64,000 bases of DNA from Candidatus Multivoradales bacterium (GTDB lineage: Bacteria > Acidobacteriota > Thermoanaerobaculia > Multivoradales > Multivoraceae). The DNA is taken from positions 480,001 to 544,000 of the forward strand of contig CBDCWI010000002.1 of assembly GCA_965223325.1 (NCBI GenBank), written 5' to 3'. Below, piece by piece: positions 54,989 through 64,000 of the stretch; positions within the stretch are counted from its first letter, which is position 1, and the number at the start of each line of letters is the position of its first letter. The position numbers were made by a program, and so were the translations under genes. Under the pieces are notes generated by a model. It ran no database searches. It saw only the letters and a program-made list of their open reading frames with translations, and had not been told where the DNA came from.

Positions 54989-55591
54989 TCAAGCGAGCAC
55001 GTCGCGTAGCCAGTCCCGCAGCCCGTCGAGTTCACGGCGCAGAATCGTGGCGTCGGCCAGGGCCTGACTCACCAACGAGGCGCCCTGCGTACGGGCGAGA
55101 AAGTGCACCGCGAGGTTGTGCGCTTCCTTTTTCCTACCGGCAGCGCGAAACTGTGCCGCCAACCACTCGAGCTGCAGCACGAAGAGCTTCTCCGCCCAGC
55201 CCTCGAAACGCCCATCGAGCTTTTCGAGCTCCTGGTTGAGACCGCCGAGCGGACAGCCGTGTTGTGAAACGTTCTCGCAGTTGGCCGCCAGGTTGTCGAG
55301 TAGCCGCTCGACTCTCGCCCGCGGCGTGGTCGCCGTCTCCGAGTCGGCGATGATCTCGTTCACTGTGTCGAGATGGCGATCGATGACCGCCCGCACGAGC
55401 TCGTCTTTGGTTTTGAAGTAGTAGTAGACGTTGCCAAGCGGAACTCCGGAGGACTCGGCCACATTCGCCAGGGTCGTCGCCGAGTAGCCGCGACGGTGGA
55501 TTTCAGAACTCGCCGCCGCGATCAGGCGCTCCCTCTTGGTGAGCTCGCGGGTCTCGGCGCCACGTTCGCTGGCGGTGTCTGGAAGGCTCAT
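54989..55591 (-). CDS. TetR family regulator
   Basis: GYSATTLANVA...GNVYYYFKTK HTH, GCPLG. Confidence 0.92.
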   Translation of the reverse strand: MSLPDTASERGAETRELTKRERLIAAASSEIHRRGYSATTLANVAESSGVPLGNVYYYFKTKDELVRAVIDRHLDTVNEIIADSETATTPRARVERLLDNLAANCENVSQHGCPLGGLNQELEKLDGRFEGWAEKLFVLQLEWLAAQFRAAGRKKEAHNLAVHFLARTQGASLVSQALADATILRRELDGLRDWLRDVLA

Positions 55592-55603
55592 GACAACTCT
55601 CGC

Positions 55604-56494
55604 TCAGGGACCGCTTGGAGACCCTGGAGACCATTCTAGTCTCTGTCTCTCTGACAGCCGCCACGAACCCGTCCGGCGGGCGCGCTCGAGCGGTAGACGG
55701 TAGCCGAGAGTCAGGTGCCCCATTCCGGTCCCATACTCGTTGTTGGTCCACGAGAAGAGAATCTGGTCACAGAGCACCACTCCGATCTCGACGCTCGGTG
55801 CAAGGCTCTCGATCCAGGGTTCGACGACGTCGTACTCCGCCCAACTCGCCCGCACACCGAGCATCGCCTGAAGCTCTAACCAGGTCGTCGCGTTCCAACT
55901 CCAGGCCGCGCCGAGCTCCAGCCACTGTTGATAGCCCTGCGCGATCCGCAGGTCGACCCGGGTCTCGAGCGTATGGCGGCTCGTCATCGGGAACCACTTC
56001 CTGAAGTCGAACCCGAGGACCGGGAAGTGGTCGTTGCTGGCGACGTACTCGAGGGTCACCTCGTCGTCGCCAATCGCACGATGGAGAGCGTTCTGTAGGT
56101 TCTCGCCAGCGAGGCCTCGGCCCGCCCGCACCGCGCCACCGAAGAGGTCGAGCTTCCAGTCCGAGCCGGTGAGGCGTTGGCCGAGCAACAACCACGATTC
56201 GTCGTAGCGCACTCCGGCCTCGGTGTCGGTGAACAGGTTCTCTTCGAAGGTAAGGGTTCCGCGACCGAGTCGAGCGTTGTGAATGCGGAGCTGCTCGAAG
56301 TCGATGGTCAGGCCAATCCCTCCGGTGTACAGGTCGTCGGAGCGCGAGTTACCGGCGAGGAAATCGTTCCCGGTACGCAAGTGCACCGTGTTCTGGGCCA
56401 GGAGCGGGGCTCCGACGAGAATCCCCGTCTGAAGAAGCACCGCCGCCATCAGCGATGCTGCGACCCGCGAATGCCCTGATTTGTTGATCTTCAT
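55604..56494 (-). CDS. Outer-membrane beta-barrel, LpxR/DUF2219-like
   Basis: Signal peptide, GNDFL...DDLYTGG, ENLFT, LQNALHRAIG; GGGAG RBS. Confidence 0.6.
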   Translation of the reverse strand: MKINKSGHSRVAASLMAAVLLQTGILVGAPLLAQNTVHLRTGNDFLAGNSRSDDLYTGGIGLTIDFEQLRIHNARLGRGTLTFEENLFTDTEAGVRYDESWLLLGQRLTGSDWKLDLFGGAVRAGRGLAGENLQNALHRAIGDDEVTLEYVASNDHFPVLGFDFRKWFPMTSRHTLETRVDLRIAQGYQQWLELGAAWSWNATTWLELQAMLGVRASWAEYDVVEPWIESLAPSVEIGVVLCDQILFSWTNNEYGTGMGHLTLGYRLPLERARRTGSWRLSERQRLEWSPGSPSGP

Positions 56495-56818
56495 CCCTAC
56501 TCCCACCAGCTGGTCTGCTTTCATGGGTATAAGCCAGTTAACTAACTCATACGGAGAAAGAACCGGGACGGTTTCATGGACCATCGAAGAAACATGAGCC
56601 TCCTCGCGCCGCCCGATCCGGTCCCGCCCCGCGGCCAAACCCACTCCGGGCGCTCGCTCCTCACTGTTTGGAACGCAGCCGACCATAAGAAACCGCCACA
56701 TCCGGTCGGGCCGGTCTGGCGCTCCTGTTCGCTCACCCGGAGGTTTCCACTAGGCTCGGCACCTTCCCCCTTTAGGGACATGTGTTCCCCATCTCCGCTA
56801 ACCACCTCGGAACCACCT

Positions 56819-57949
56819 GTGGATTCGCTGTTCTCTTTGCTCTCGACCGAAACCTGGACCTGGCTTGGCATTGTCTTCTGCCTGTCGCAGTCGGCGATGT
56901 TCTCGGGACTCAACCTGGCCTTCTTCTCGGTCGGCAGGCTACGGCTCGAGGCAGAAGCAGAGAACGGCAATCACGCGGCGCAACGCGTCCTGCGGCTCCG
57001 CGAAGACGCCAACTTTCTCCTCTGCACCATCCTGTGGGGCAACGTTTCGGTGAACGTGCTCCTTGCGCTACTGAGCGAATCCGTTCTGGCAGGAGCCGGT
57101 GCGTTCGCCTTCTCAACCATCGGTATCACCGTCTTCGGCGAGATCATGCCGCAGGCCTATTTCTCTCGCCACGCCATCCGTGTTGGCGCCCTCCTGGCAC
57201 CAGTGATCCGCCTGTACCAGGCGCTACTGTTCGTGGTCGCCAAGCCAACAGCAATCGTGCTCGATGGCTGGGTGGGTCCTGAGGGCCCCACCTTCCTCCG
57301 CGAACGCGACATGGAGGTCATTCTGCAGAAACACATTCGCGAGGCGGACTCGGAAATCGGTGCAACGGAAGGGCGCGGCGCCCTGAACTTCCTCAACCTC
57401 GACGACCGCCTGATCATCGAGGAAGGAGTGGAGATCGACCCCGAAACGGTGCACTCCTTCCCCTCCAAGCTCGACCTTCCGATGATTCCAGCGGCCGGCG
57501 ACGAGGGCGCGGTCGAGTTCATCGAGGCACTGAAGAACTGCGAGCTGAAGTGGACGATCGTCACCGACGAGACCGACATTCCGCAGTTGGTTCTCGAAAC
57601 CGACTCCTACCTGCGCGACGTGCTTTCCGGCCTACGGAATGCCGACCCGTACCGCCACTGTCATCGCCCTATCGTAGTCACCGACCCGGCAGTGACCCTC
57701 GACGAAGTGCTCGGACAGTTCGTCGTCGAGGCAGACCATGGTCAAGATCACGTCATCGATCGCGACGTGGTGATCTTCTGGAGCGATGATCGACGCCGCA
57801 TCGTGACCGGAGCTGACATTCTCGGCCGCCTTCTGCAGGGTATCGCCACGCGAACCGCCAACCGCACTGCTCCCGACTCGCCCGCGGAGGCGCAACGAGC
57901 CTTTGAACCGGATCCGGGTCGTGAGCCTCGGCTGAAGGGAAGCGCCTGA
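56819..57949 (+). CDS. DUF21/CNNM-domain membrane protein
   Basis: SAMFSGLNLA, LCTILWGN, FGEIMPQA; start uncertain (56780 or 56819). Confidence 0.85.
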   Translation: MDSLFSLLSTETWTWLGIVFCLSQSAMFSGLNLAFFSVGRLRLEAEAENGNHAAQRVLRLREDANFLLCTILWGNVSVNVLLALLSESVLAGAGAFAFSTIGITVFGEIMPQAYFSRHAIRVGALLAPVIRLYQALLFVVAKPTAIVLDGWVGPEGPTFLRERDMEVILQKHIREADSEIGATEGRGALNFLNLDDRLIIEEGVEIDPETVHSFPSKLDLPMIPAAGDEGAVEFIEALKNCELKWTIVTDETDIPQLVLETDSYLRDVLSGLRNADPYRHCHRPIVVTDPAVTLDEVLGQFVVEADHGQDHVIDRDVVIFWSDDRRRIVTGADILGRLLQGIATRTANRTAPDSPAEAQRAFEPDPGREPRLKGSA

Positions 57950-58004
57950 CCTGTGCTCCTCGGGGAACCCCACTCGAGTCCGGTGTGTGATCGAGAAGGG
58001 GAAC

Positions 58005-60491
58005 TCAGAGTCTCTGCTGCGGCTGCCAACCCATCGCCTGCGCAGCCTGTATTCCCTGATTGGCAAACACGATCTCTTCGCGCTCCAGCCAGAAGGCGAG
58101 CGCCCGCAGGACGCGAAACTGTGGTGCACGAACGCGCTCCTCGATGGTCGCCAGATCGGCGCCGGACCGCAGGACAGTCCACAGGTCGTTGAGCAGCATT
58201 CCGTCCGGCTCGCCACGCGGAATTGTCGGCTTGGCCACCACCGGGATCATGGGCAGGGTGCTGGCGAGGGCCATGCGTAGACCAGGTCGTGCTTCGTAGC
58301 GGCGCAGACCTTCACCGATCAAACTGTCGAGATTCTCCTTGCGGGAACTCGCTGTGTCCTTCGAAGCAATGTCTTTCGCGAGGGCGCGAAATGGCGCCTC
58401 GAAGAAGCGCCACTCACCTTGGAGTGGCTGCTCGAGCAGAGCATAGAGCGCCTCACTGCCAGTCGAACGACCGCATGCCGCGGCCAGAAAACACCCGTTC
58501 TCGAACTGCACTCGGCCGCGCAGAGCGCCGTTTCCAAGATCGAGGAAGAGCTCACCGGAACGCCCGGCCTCAAACCTCTGGAAGAGGCCGGGCAAAGCAT
58601 AGGGAGCCACCTCGCCGTGCTCCGGTTCGGCTGTCTGGGCGGCGACGGGGCTCGGCTGGTTCGAAAGCGATGCCGCGAGATCGGCCGCTGCCACCGCCAG
58701 TTCCTGGTTCCCACCAGCCCGCAGGTCGTCGAGCAGGCCGAAGACTTCCGGTGAGGGAGTGCGCTTGAGCGCCGTGAGCAGGCTGCGGACGGCCTGCGCG
58801 TCAGCCCGGGGCAGGCGCCTTACTCTACCCAGGAGGCCGGGAGCGCGGAGTCGGTTGCGAACCGCGCGCACCAGAAGCGCCACCGTCTCGGGTTCGGTCG
58901 ACAGGTTCTTGCTTCCCAGCTGGGCAAGCGGCGCCGAATAGTCGAAGCGCTCGAAGTCGGAGACGATGCGTGTGATCGCCGAACGTCGGGCCTCCGGACG
59001 GCCAGACTTGATGAGGATCTCGAGGGCGAGTACCCAGAGACGTCTGGTCTCGGCCGCCGTCTCGCAGTCGTCCACCTCGGCGAGGGCAGCCGAAAGCTCA
59101 TCCAGCTTCTCTTCGAGCAGGCCCTCGGCGAGGGCACTTCTCTGCTCGCCAAGAAACAGCACCACCTCGCGCTGGAGTTGCGTTGCCCGGTCGCAACCAC
59201 CGAAACCGGCGACCAGGCGAATCTCGGCCCGGCGCCGGGCGATCGACTGGACGTGATCGCTCTGGGTGTGGCGCACGATGTGGATCAGGTTGCGCAGCAC
59301 CCACCAGCGGAGCGGGCGCCTTCGGGTCCGCTGCGCCTGGCGGCGCAGCACCTGGAGCGCCTCGTCGCGAATGCTCTCGCCATGCATGAGTGCCAGCTCA
59401 ATGAGACGGCCACGCTCGGCGCGTCTGTCCTCTCGCGCCAGCTGCTTGATCAACGCCCGTGCGTCATAGCCAGGCACATGAGACATCAACTCACTGATCG
59501 CTATGTGCTGACGGTGGCGACGAAAGGCATTGTCAAAGGCCGCGAGCTCGATGTCACCGAGCGCCTTCCGGCGCAGCACGGCGCGCTGGCGACGATCTTC
59601 CACTGCCAGCGCCAGTACCTCGTCGGTGATGTCGAAGGCCAGGGTCGCGCGCCCGATTTCACCTCGCAGCAGGCTGGCCGCCGCCGCCTGCAGCAAGAGG
59701 TCGATGCGCGCATGTGAAAGCTGGCCTGGGAGCGAGTGACGGGCGAACCGATCGCCGATCCTGAAACCCTGATGCGCACCAACGAAGCACCGCACGACCC
59801 GGCGAACGCCGGTCGCTGTGTGATGTCTCACCCTACGCCCCCGGACTTCCCAGTCAGGCAGAGCGCCGACGAGCTCTTCTGCTACCTGCTCTTCGGTCGC
59901 TCCGAGGCGCGACAAGACCTCGCGTACGACGTCGAGCTCTCCGCGCTCGAGGGCAACACCCGCCACTTCGACCAACTTCGCCGAGGACATCGCCTGGGCA
60001 ACCGCCATCGAGAGAACCGCGGCTGGTTTGACCTCCTGAACCAGTGCCACGCCGGAAAGGAGCGCCGAGGACTGCATCGCCTCAACCGCCGAGGCGTCGA
60101 GGCCTTCGAGTTGCGCCTGCATCTGGGAGCGTCGGTCCGCTGGACAAGCGTTGACGCACATCGTCCGGACGCGACTGAGGTCGGTCGAAAAACCGCGCGC
60201 CTCGACGCGCACGAGAACCGGCAGGTGGGCGAGGTCTTCGAGAGCCTCGACAATGTACGCATCGACCGGCCGCCCACCGTGCACGGCCTTCTCGTGCGCC
60301 CACGCCAGCAGACTGCCCACCAGATCGGCCGAGTCCTCGCGCAGATCGGTCAAGAGGCGCCCTGCGGCGGCGGCGTCGCGACGAACGGCGTCTAGATAGT
60401 CTCGGAGAACGGCCCCCGTGTGAAGAGCACCTGGCTCTAGGGCGAGGGTCGAAGGGCAAGGGGAGGGCCGGCTGACGGCAGCAGAAGACAT
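58005..60491 (-). CDS. Large helical (HEAT-like) protein with C-terminal DUF4388-like domain
   Basis: WWVLRNLIHI HEAT-like motif; LPGLFQ...RSGELFL...GRVQFENG...GSEALYALL...LIGEGLRRYE; GAGG RBS. Confidence 0.65.
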   Translation of the reverse strand: MSSAAVSRPSPCPSTLALEPGALHTGAVLRDYLDAVRRDAAAAGRLLTDLREDSADLVGSLLAWAHEKAVHGGRPVDAYIVEALEDLAHLPVLVRVEARGFSTDLSRVRTMCVNACPADRRSQMQAQLEGLDASAVEAMQSSALLSGVALVQEVKPAAVLSMAVAQAMSSAKLVEVAGVALERGELDVVREVLSRLGATEEQVAEELVGALPDWEVRGRRVRHHTATGVRRVVRCFVGAHQGFRIGDRFARHSLPGQLSHARIDLLLQAAAASLLRGEIGRATLAFDITDEVLALAVEDRRQRAVLRRKALGDIELAAFDNAFRRHRQHIAISELMSHVPGYDARALIKQLAREDRRAERGRLIELALMHGESIRDEALQVLRRQAQRTRRRPLRWWVLRNLIHIVRHTQSDHVQSIARRRAEIRLVAGFGGCDRATQLQREVVLFLGEQRSALAEGLLEEKLDELSAALAEVDDCETAAETRRLWVLALEILIKSGRPEARRSAITRIVSDFERFDYSAPLAQLGSKNLSTEPETVALLVRAVRNRLRAPGLLGRVRRLPRADAQAVRSLLTALKRTPSPEVFGLLDDLRAGGNQELAVAAADLAASLSNQPSPVAAQTAEPEHGEVAPYALPGLFQRFEAGRSGELFLDLGNGALRGRVQFENGCFLAAACGRSTGSEALYALLEQPLQGEWRFFEAPFRALAKDIASKDTASSRKENLDSLIGEGLRRYEARPGLRMALASTLPMIPVVAKPTIPRGEPDGMLLNDLWTVLRSGADLATIEERVRAPQFRVLRALAFWLEREEIVFANQGIQAAQAMGWQPQQRL

Positions 60492-60755
60492 CCAGGATTC
60501 CTCGCAGCAATGACAACAAAGAGGGGCACAGGTTTCACTGGGTGCACGCCTCATGCCAGCAAAACCTAGGAAATCATCGCCCGTTTTTTTCGTTACAAGA
60601 GGAATCAAGAGTGTCATGGCTCTATGAATTTCTTTTATCTCTCCCGTTCCGTATCGACTCGAAACGAGCGTTGCCGACCGGGTCGCCGCCGGAGAGGGCG
60701 ACGGACGCTCCATCGGTCGCGCGTCTTCTGCCTGCACCCGATGGTCGATCACCAA

Positions 60756-60805
60756 CCTTCACCAACCCTTAACAGAGTCTTCATAAAGACGGACTTGCGG
60801 TTCAC
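60756..60805 (+). promoter_or_regulatory. Putative PHO box (11-bp direct repeats)
   Basis: TTCAC (60758), TTAAC (60769), TTCAT (60780) at exact 11-bp spacing, plus TTCAC at 60801, upstream of phosphate genes. Confidence 0.55.
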
Positions 60806-60861
60806 ATAACGGCCGAATCAGAACCTGTTCGGGCCCTTCTTCTCTAAGGAACAGACTGGAG

Positions 60862-61200
60862 ATGAAGATCCTCCGCTGGGCCGATGAACCCGGCCCGCAC
60901 ACGAGTCTCCTAGCCACCATGACCACCAATGCGACCCTGGTTTGTCTGGTTTGTCTGGCTTCTCCGGCTGGCCCTCGTCATCGACCGCCACTCGCGGTGG
61001 TGTTCTTCTTTTCTCTCGCGCACGGCGGTGAGGTCACCGTGCGCAGCGAACTCGGTCGCGGAACCTTGCTTCCGCCTCACTCTGCCTTCATCCAAGGAGC
61101 CGCAGATTTCCTGAGATCGCCGGGTGCCACGCGGGAACACGCGAGGAAGGTGCTAAGGTCCGTCTCGCTTTCCCCTGGTCTTTACGGAATCTTCATATGA
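60862..61200 (+). pseudogene. Two-component system remnant (histidine kinase C-terminal fragment)
   Basis: AHGGEVTVRSELGRGT (~61018-61066) is a typical HATPase_c ending; N-terminus MKILRWADEP resembles a receiver start; the middle looks non-coding. Confidence 0.5.
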
Positions 61201-62393
61201 CGTCTTCTCACGGCGACTCGAAGGGGCGTGCGGCGCCCTGGGCAACCCGGCTGTTTACCGTCCTCGCGCTGCTCTACATCTTCTGTATCGGCCTGGACAT
61301 GATGGGCTTGTCCTTCAAGCTCTTCGGCAAGGGCTTTGCGCAGCAGCTTCTCACGACCACCGCGAATCCCCTGGTCGGGCTGTTCATTGGCGTCCTGGCG
61401 ACCACTCTGGTGCAGAGCTCTTCGACGACGACCTCGATCGTCGTCGGTCTGGTTGCCGCCGGCGCAATCAGTATCGAGGGCGCAATCCCCCTCATCATGG
61501 GAGCCAATATCGGCACCTCAGTGACCAACACGATCGTTTCGCTAGGTCACGCCTCGCGGCGCGAGGAGTTCCGTCGCGCGTTTGCCGGCGCGACCGTGCA
61601 CGACTTCTTCAACTGGCTGGCGGTGCTCGTCCTGCTACCGATTGAGGTCTTTTTCGGACCGATCCAGGCGATCTCGACCTGGATGACAGAGGTCCTCGAC
61701 GGGGTCGGCGGCGTGAAGCTCTTCAACCCCCTGCGTGAAGTCGTACGGCCCGCCGCCGAAGCGCTTTCGGGCCTGGTCAACGAGTCGGGGGTTCTGACCC
61801 TCCTGATCGGCATCGCCCTCTTGTTCTTCGCGCTGCGCTATCTCGTCCGCGTCCTGCGCTCGAGTTTGACCGGTGAAGCCGAACAGATTCTCCACCGCAC
61901 GCTCTTCCGCTCGGCAACTGCCGCGGTCCTTGCCGGGATCGCGGTCACCGTGATGGTTCAGTCCAGTTCGGTGACCACTTCGGCCATCGTGCCACTCGTC
62001 GGCGCCGGCGTGATTTCTCTCGAACAGCTCTTTCCGTTGACCATCGGTGCCAACATCGGCACGACGGTCACCGCGATGCTCGCTGCTCTGGCAACCGGCG
62101 AGTCGGCCGCGATTACCGTGGCGTTTTCTCACCTGACCTTCAACATCATGGGCACCCTGATCTTCTTCGTGCCTCCGCCGCTGCGCCGCGTGCCCCTGGC
62201 GATGGCCCGCTGGATGGGCGATCTCGCAGCCCGTAACCGTGCAGCGGCGGCCGCCTACGTCCTCGGCACGTTCTATGGTGTTCCTCTGCTTCTCATACTC
62301 TTGACCGGCGCGTTCGGCGACAAGCCCGACACCGCGACCACTTCGGCACCTGACACGCCAGCGGCCAGCGCGAGCGTCGATCCCACCCACTGA
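61197..62393 (+). CDS. Na+/phosphate symporter (NptA/SLC34 family)
   Basis: Two QSSS motifs and two GANIGT motifs. Confidence 0.92.
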   Translation: MTSSHGDSKGRAAPWATRLFTVLALLYIFCIGLDMMGLSFKLFGKGFAQQLLTTTANPLVGLFIGVLATTLVQSSSTTTSIVVGLVAAGAISIEGAIPLIMGANIGTSVTNTIVSLGHASRREEFRRAFAGATVHDFFNWLAVLVLLPIEVFFGPIQAISTWMTEVLDGVGGVKLFNPLREVVRPAAEALSGLVNESGVLTLLIGIALLFFALRYLVRVLRSSLTGEAEQILHRTLFRSATAAVLAGIAVTVMVQSSSVTTSAIVPLVGAGVISLEQLFPLTIGANIGTTVTAMLAALATGESAAITVAFSHLTFNIMGTLIFFVPPPLRRVPLAMARWMGDLAARNRAAAAAYVLGTFYGVPLLLILLTGAFGDKPDTATTSAPDTPAASASVDPTH

Positions 62394-62402
62394 GGTATTC
62401 CC

Positions 62403-63056
62403 ATGTTCAAGAAGCTTTTTGGCGACACGGCGGGCTCGGCCCTCATCGAAGAGTCCTTCCGCGAGGTCACGACGATGATCGAGCAGTCCGAACGAATGTA
62501 CAACCACGCCATCGCGGCTCTGCTCGACAATGCGCCGCTCGAAGTCGATCTCGAAGACCTCGACGACGTCGTCGACGAAGCCGAACAACGAGTCCGGCGA
62601 CGAGTGCTCGAGCACCTCGCGATCAGGCCCGATCAGGACCTGGTCTCCTGTCTACTCCTGATGAGCCTGGTTCAAGACGGCGAACGCGTTGGCGACTTCG
62701 CCCGCGGACTTGTCGAACTCGTGCCGCTGGCGCGATCTGAGCGTGTGGGACCCTTCGCTAGCCGGCTACGCGCTGCTTCGGAGGTAACGCGCGCCCTGTT
62801 CACCGACACTCGCCGCGCCCTGGTCGACGAAAACGCCGACCTCGCGGTCCGCGTTACCGACGCGGCGCGCGAGAACAAGCGCGAGATGATCGCGCTCACT
62901 GCGGATCTCGCGGCCAGCGACGCGAGCGCCGACATGGCGGTGGTCTATTCGGGTGCAGCACGGATCTTGCGCCGCATTACCTCGCATCTGAGTAACATGT
63001 GTTCGACGGTTTCACAGCCGTTCCATCGCATTCGCCACGACGACGAAGAGGCCTGA
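62403..63056 (+). CDS. PhoU-domain protein
   Basis: DDVVDEAE, DGERVGD, LRRITSHLSN. Confidence 0.85.
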   Translation: MFKKLFGDTAGSALIEESFREVTTMIEQSERMYNHAIAALLDNAPLEVDLEDLDDVVDEAEQRVRRRVLEHLAIRPDQDLVSCLLLMSLVQDGERVGDFARGLVELVPLARSERVGPFASRLRAASEVTRALFTDTRRALVDENADLAVRVTDAARENKREMIALTADLAASDASADMAVVYSGAARILRRITSHLSNMCSTVSQPFHRIRHDDEEA

Positions 63057-63096
63057 GAGCTGCCAGTGAGGGCTTGGGCTTCGTGAGGCCAGAGCC

Positions 63097-64000
63097 ACGA
63101 GCAAACCATCTTCCAAGGGTCCTGCCCCCCGGGTCGTGCACCGGAAGGGGACCCGGACACCTTTCCTTCGCGGCATGGTCACTCACGACCTGGTGCGTCG
63201 AGGCCTCGCCTTCGACGACGCCTATGCCGTCGCGCACGCCGTGCGGGCGGCGCTGGCAGATCGCTCGGAGGTCACCACCTCTGAACTGCGCGACATCATC
63301 AACGCCGAGCTCGAAGTTCTGGTGCCCGGCCAGGTCGACTCCGAGCCCACCGAGCCGCAGCCACCCACGCTGGCGGTGACCTACGGCGGCGAGCGCCAGC
63401 CCTTCTCCCGCGGCCTGCTGGCGCGCAGCCTCTACGGTGCCGGGATCGACCTCGACCACGCCTACTCCCTGGTCCTCCAGATTCAGCGGCAACTGGTGTC
63501 CGAACGGGTCGAGTCGATCGACGCACACGCGCTCTCAGAGCGCATGGCCGAGATTCTCGAGGAAGAGATCGGCGAACGCGAGGCCCGGCGCTACCGGCTC
63601 ATCCGGAGGCTGCAACGGCTGCCACAACCGTTGGTGATCTACTGCGCCGGCGCCACTGGTACCGGCAAGTCGACACTTTCGCTCGAGTTGGCGCCCCTCC
63701 TGCACACCTTCCGCATCACCTCCACCGACACTATCCGTGAAGTCATGCGCATGGTGTTCTCGCCGAGCATTCTCCCGGCACTCCATCGCAGCAGCTTCGA
63801 GAGTGCCGAAGCCACGGAAAAGCTAGCGGGCGAAGAAGACGACGCCCACCTCTTGCGCTCCTACGAGGAACAAGCGATCCGCGTCTGCGTTGGCGTGCGG
63901 GCAGTGGTCGAGCGTGCGCTGGCCGAGAACCAGAACATCCTGGTCGAGGGAGTGCACCTCTTGCCATCGGTGGTGCCATTCGGTGATCTCGAGGGCGCCG
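63097..64000 (+). CDS. 2-phosphoglycerate kinase-like P-loop protein with two ATP-cone domains (3' truncated)
   Basis: Read by hand (absent from the ORF track): TPFLRGMV.., QPFSRGLLARSL (ATP cones), GATGTGKST, STDTIREVMR, P.LHRSS, VEGVHL; start uncertain. Confidence 0.85.

Noticed and set aside
1-64000. tRNA, rRNA, integrase or transposase genes
   Set aside because: None recognised by eye; a covariance-model scan was not possible

Overview
GC-rich bacterial DNA. The gene content (Ser/Thr kinase-PD40 protein, TMTC-like TPR protein, Na+-NQR) resembles a marine Acidobacteriota-type genome, but that assignment is inference only. In order: (1) 0.8-19.6 kb, a surface glycan locus with Wzm/Wzt, several GT2/GT4 enzymes, a methyltransferase-deacetylase fusion, a GT with a 168-bp-repeat coiled coil, a TMTC-like GT-C and a DPM-synthase-like GT2 with DUF2304; (2) gluQ and a fused 2-oxoacid dehydrogenase E1, divergent from nqrABCDEF across a perfect Rex operator; (3) directly after nqrF, a TA-flanked palindromic MITE-like element that opens a non-coding ~283-bp tandem array, with a complete 1,910-nt group II intron (RT ORF, non-canonical 5' end, EBS1 matching the repeat) in the second unit; (4) a four-gene module of coiled-coil protein, longin/roadblock-like-TM-BON/OmpA-like protein, Rab-like small GTPase and GGDEF/degenerate EAL protein, the last three translationally coupled; (5) GSTs, LLM oxidoreductase, protease, MFS, kinase, a sigma54 activator with a divergent target gene, quinohemoprotein ADH, apbE-nqrM, TetR, LpxR-like, DUF21 and DUF4388-like genes; (6) a putative PHO-box region with a two-component remnant, Na/Pi symporter, PhoU and an ATP-cone 2-phosphoglycerate kinase running off the end. 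No rRNA, tRNA or CRISPR array was seen. All calls come from motif recognition by eye; no searches were run.
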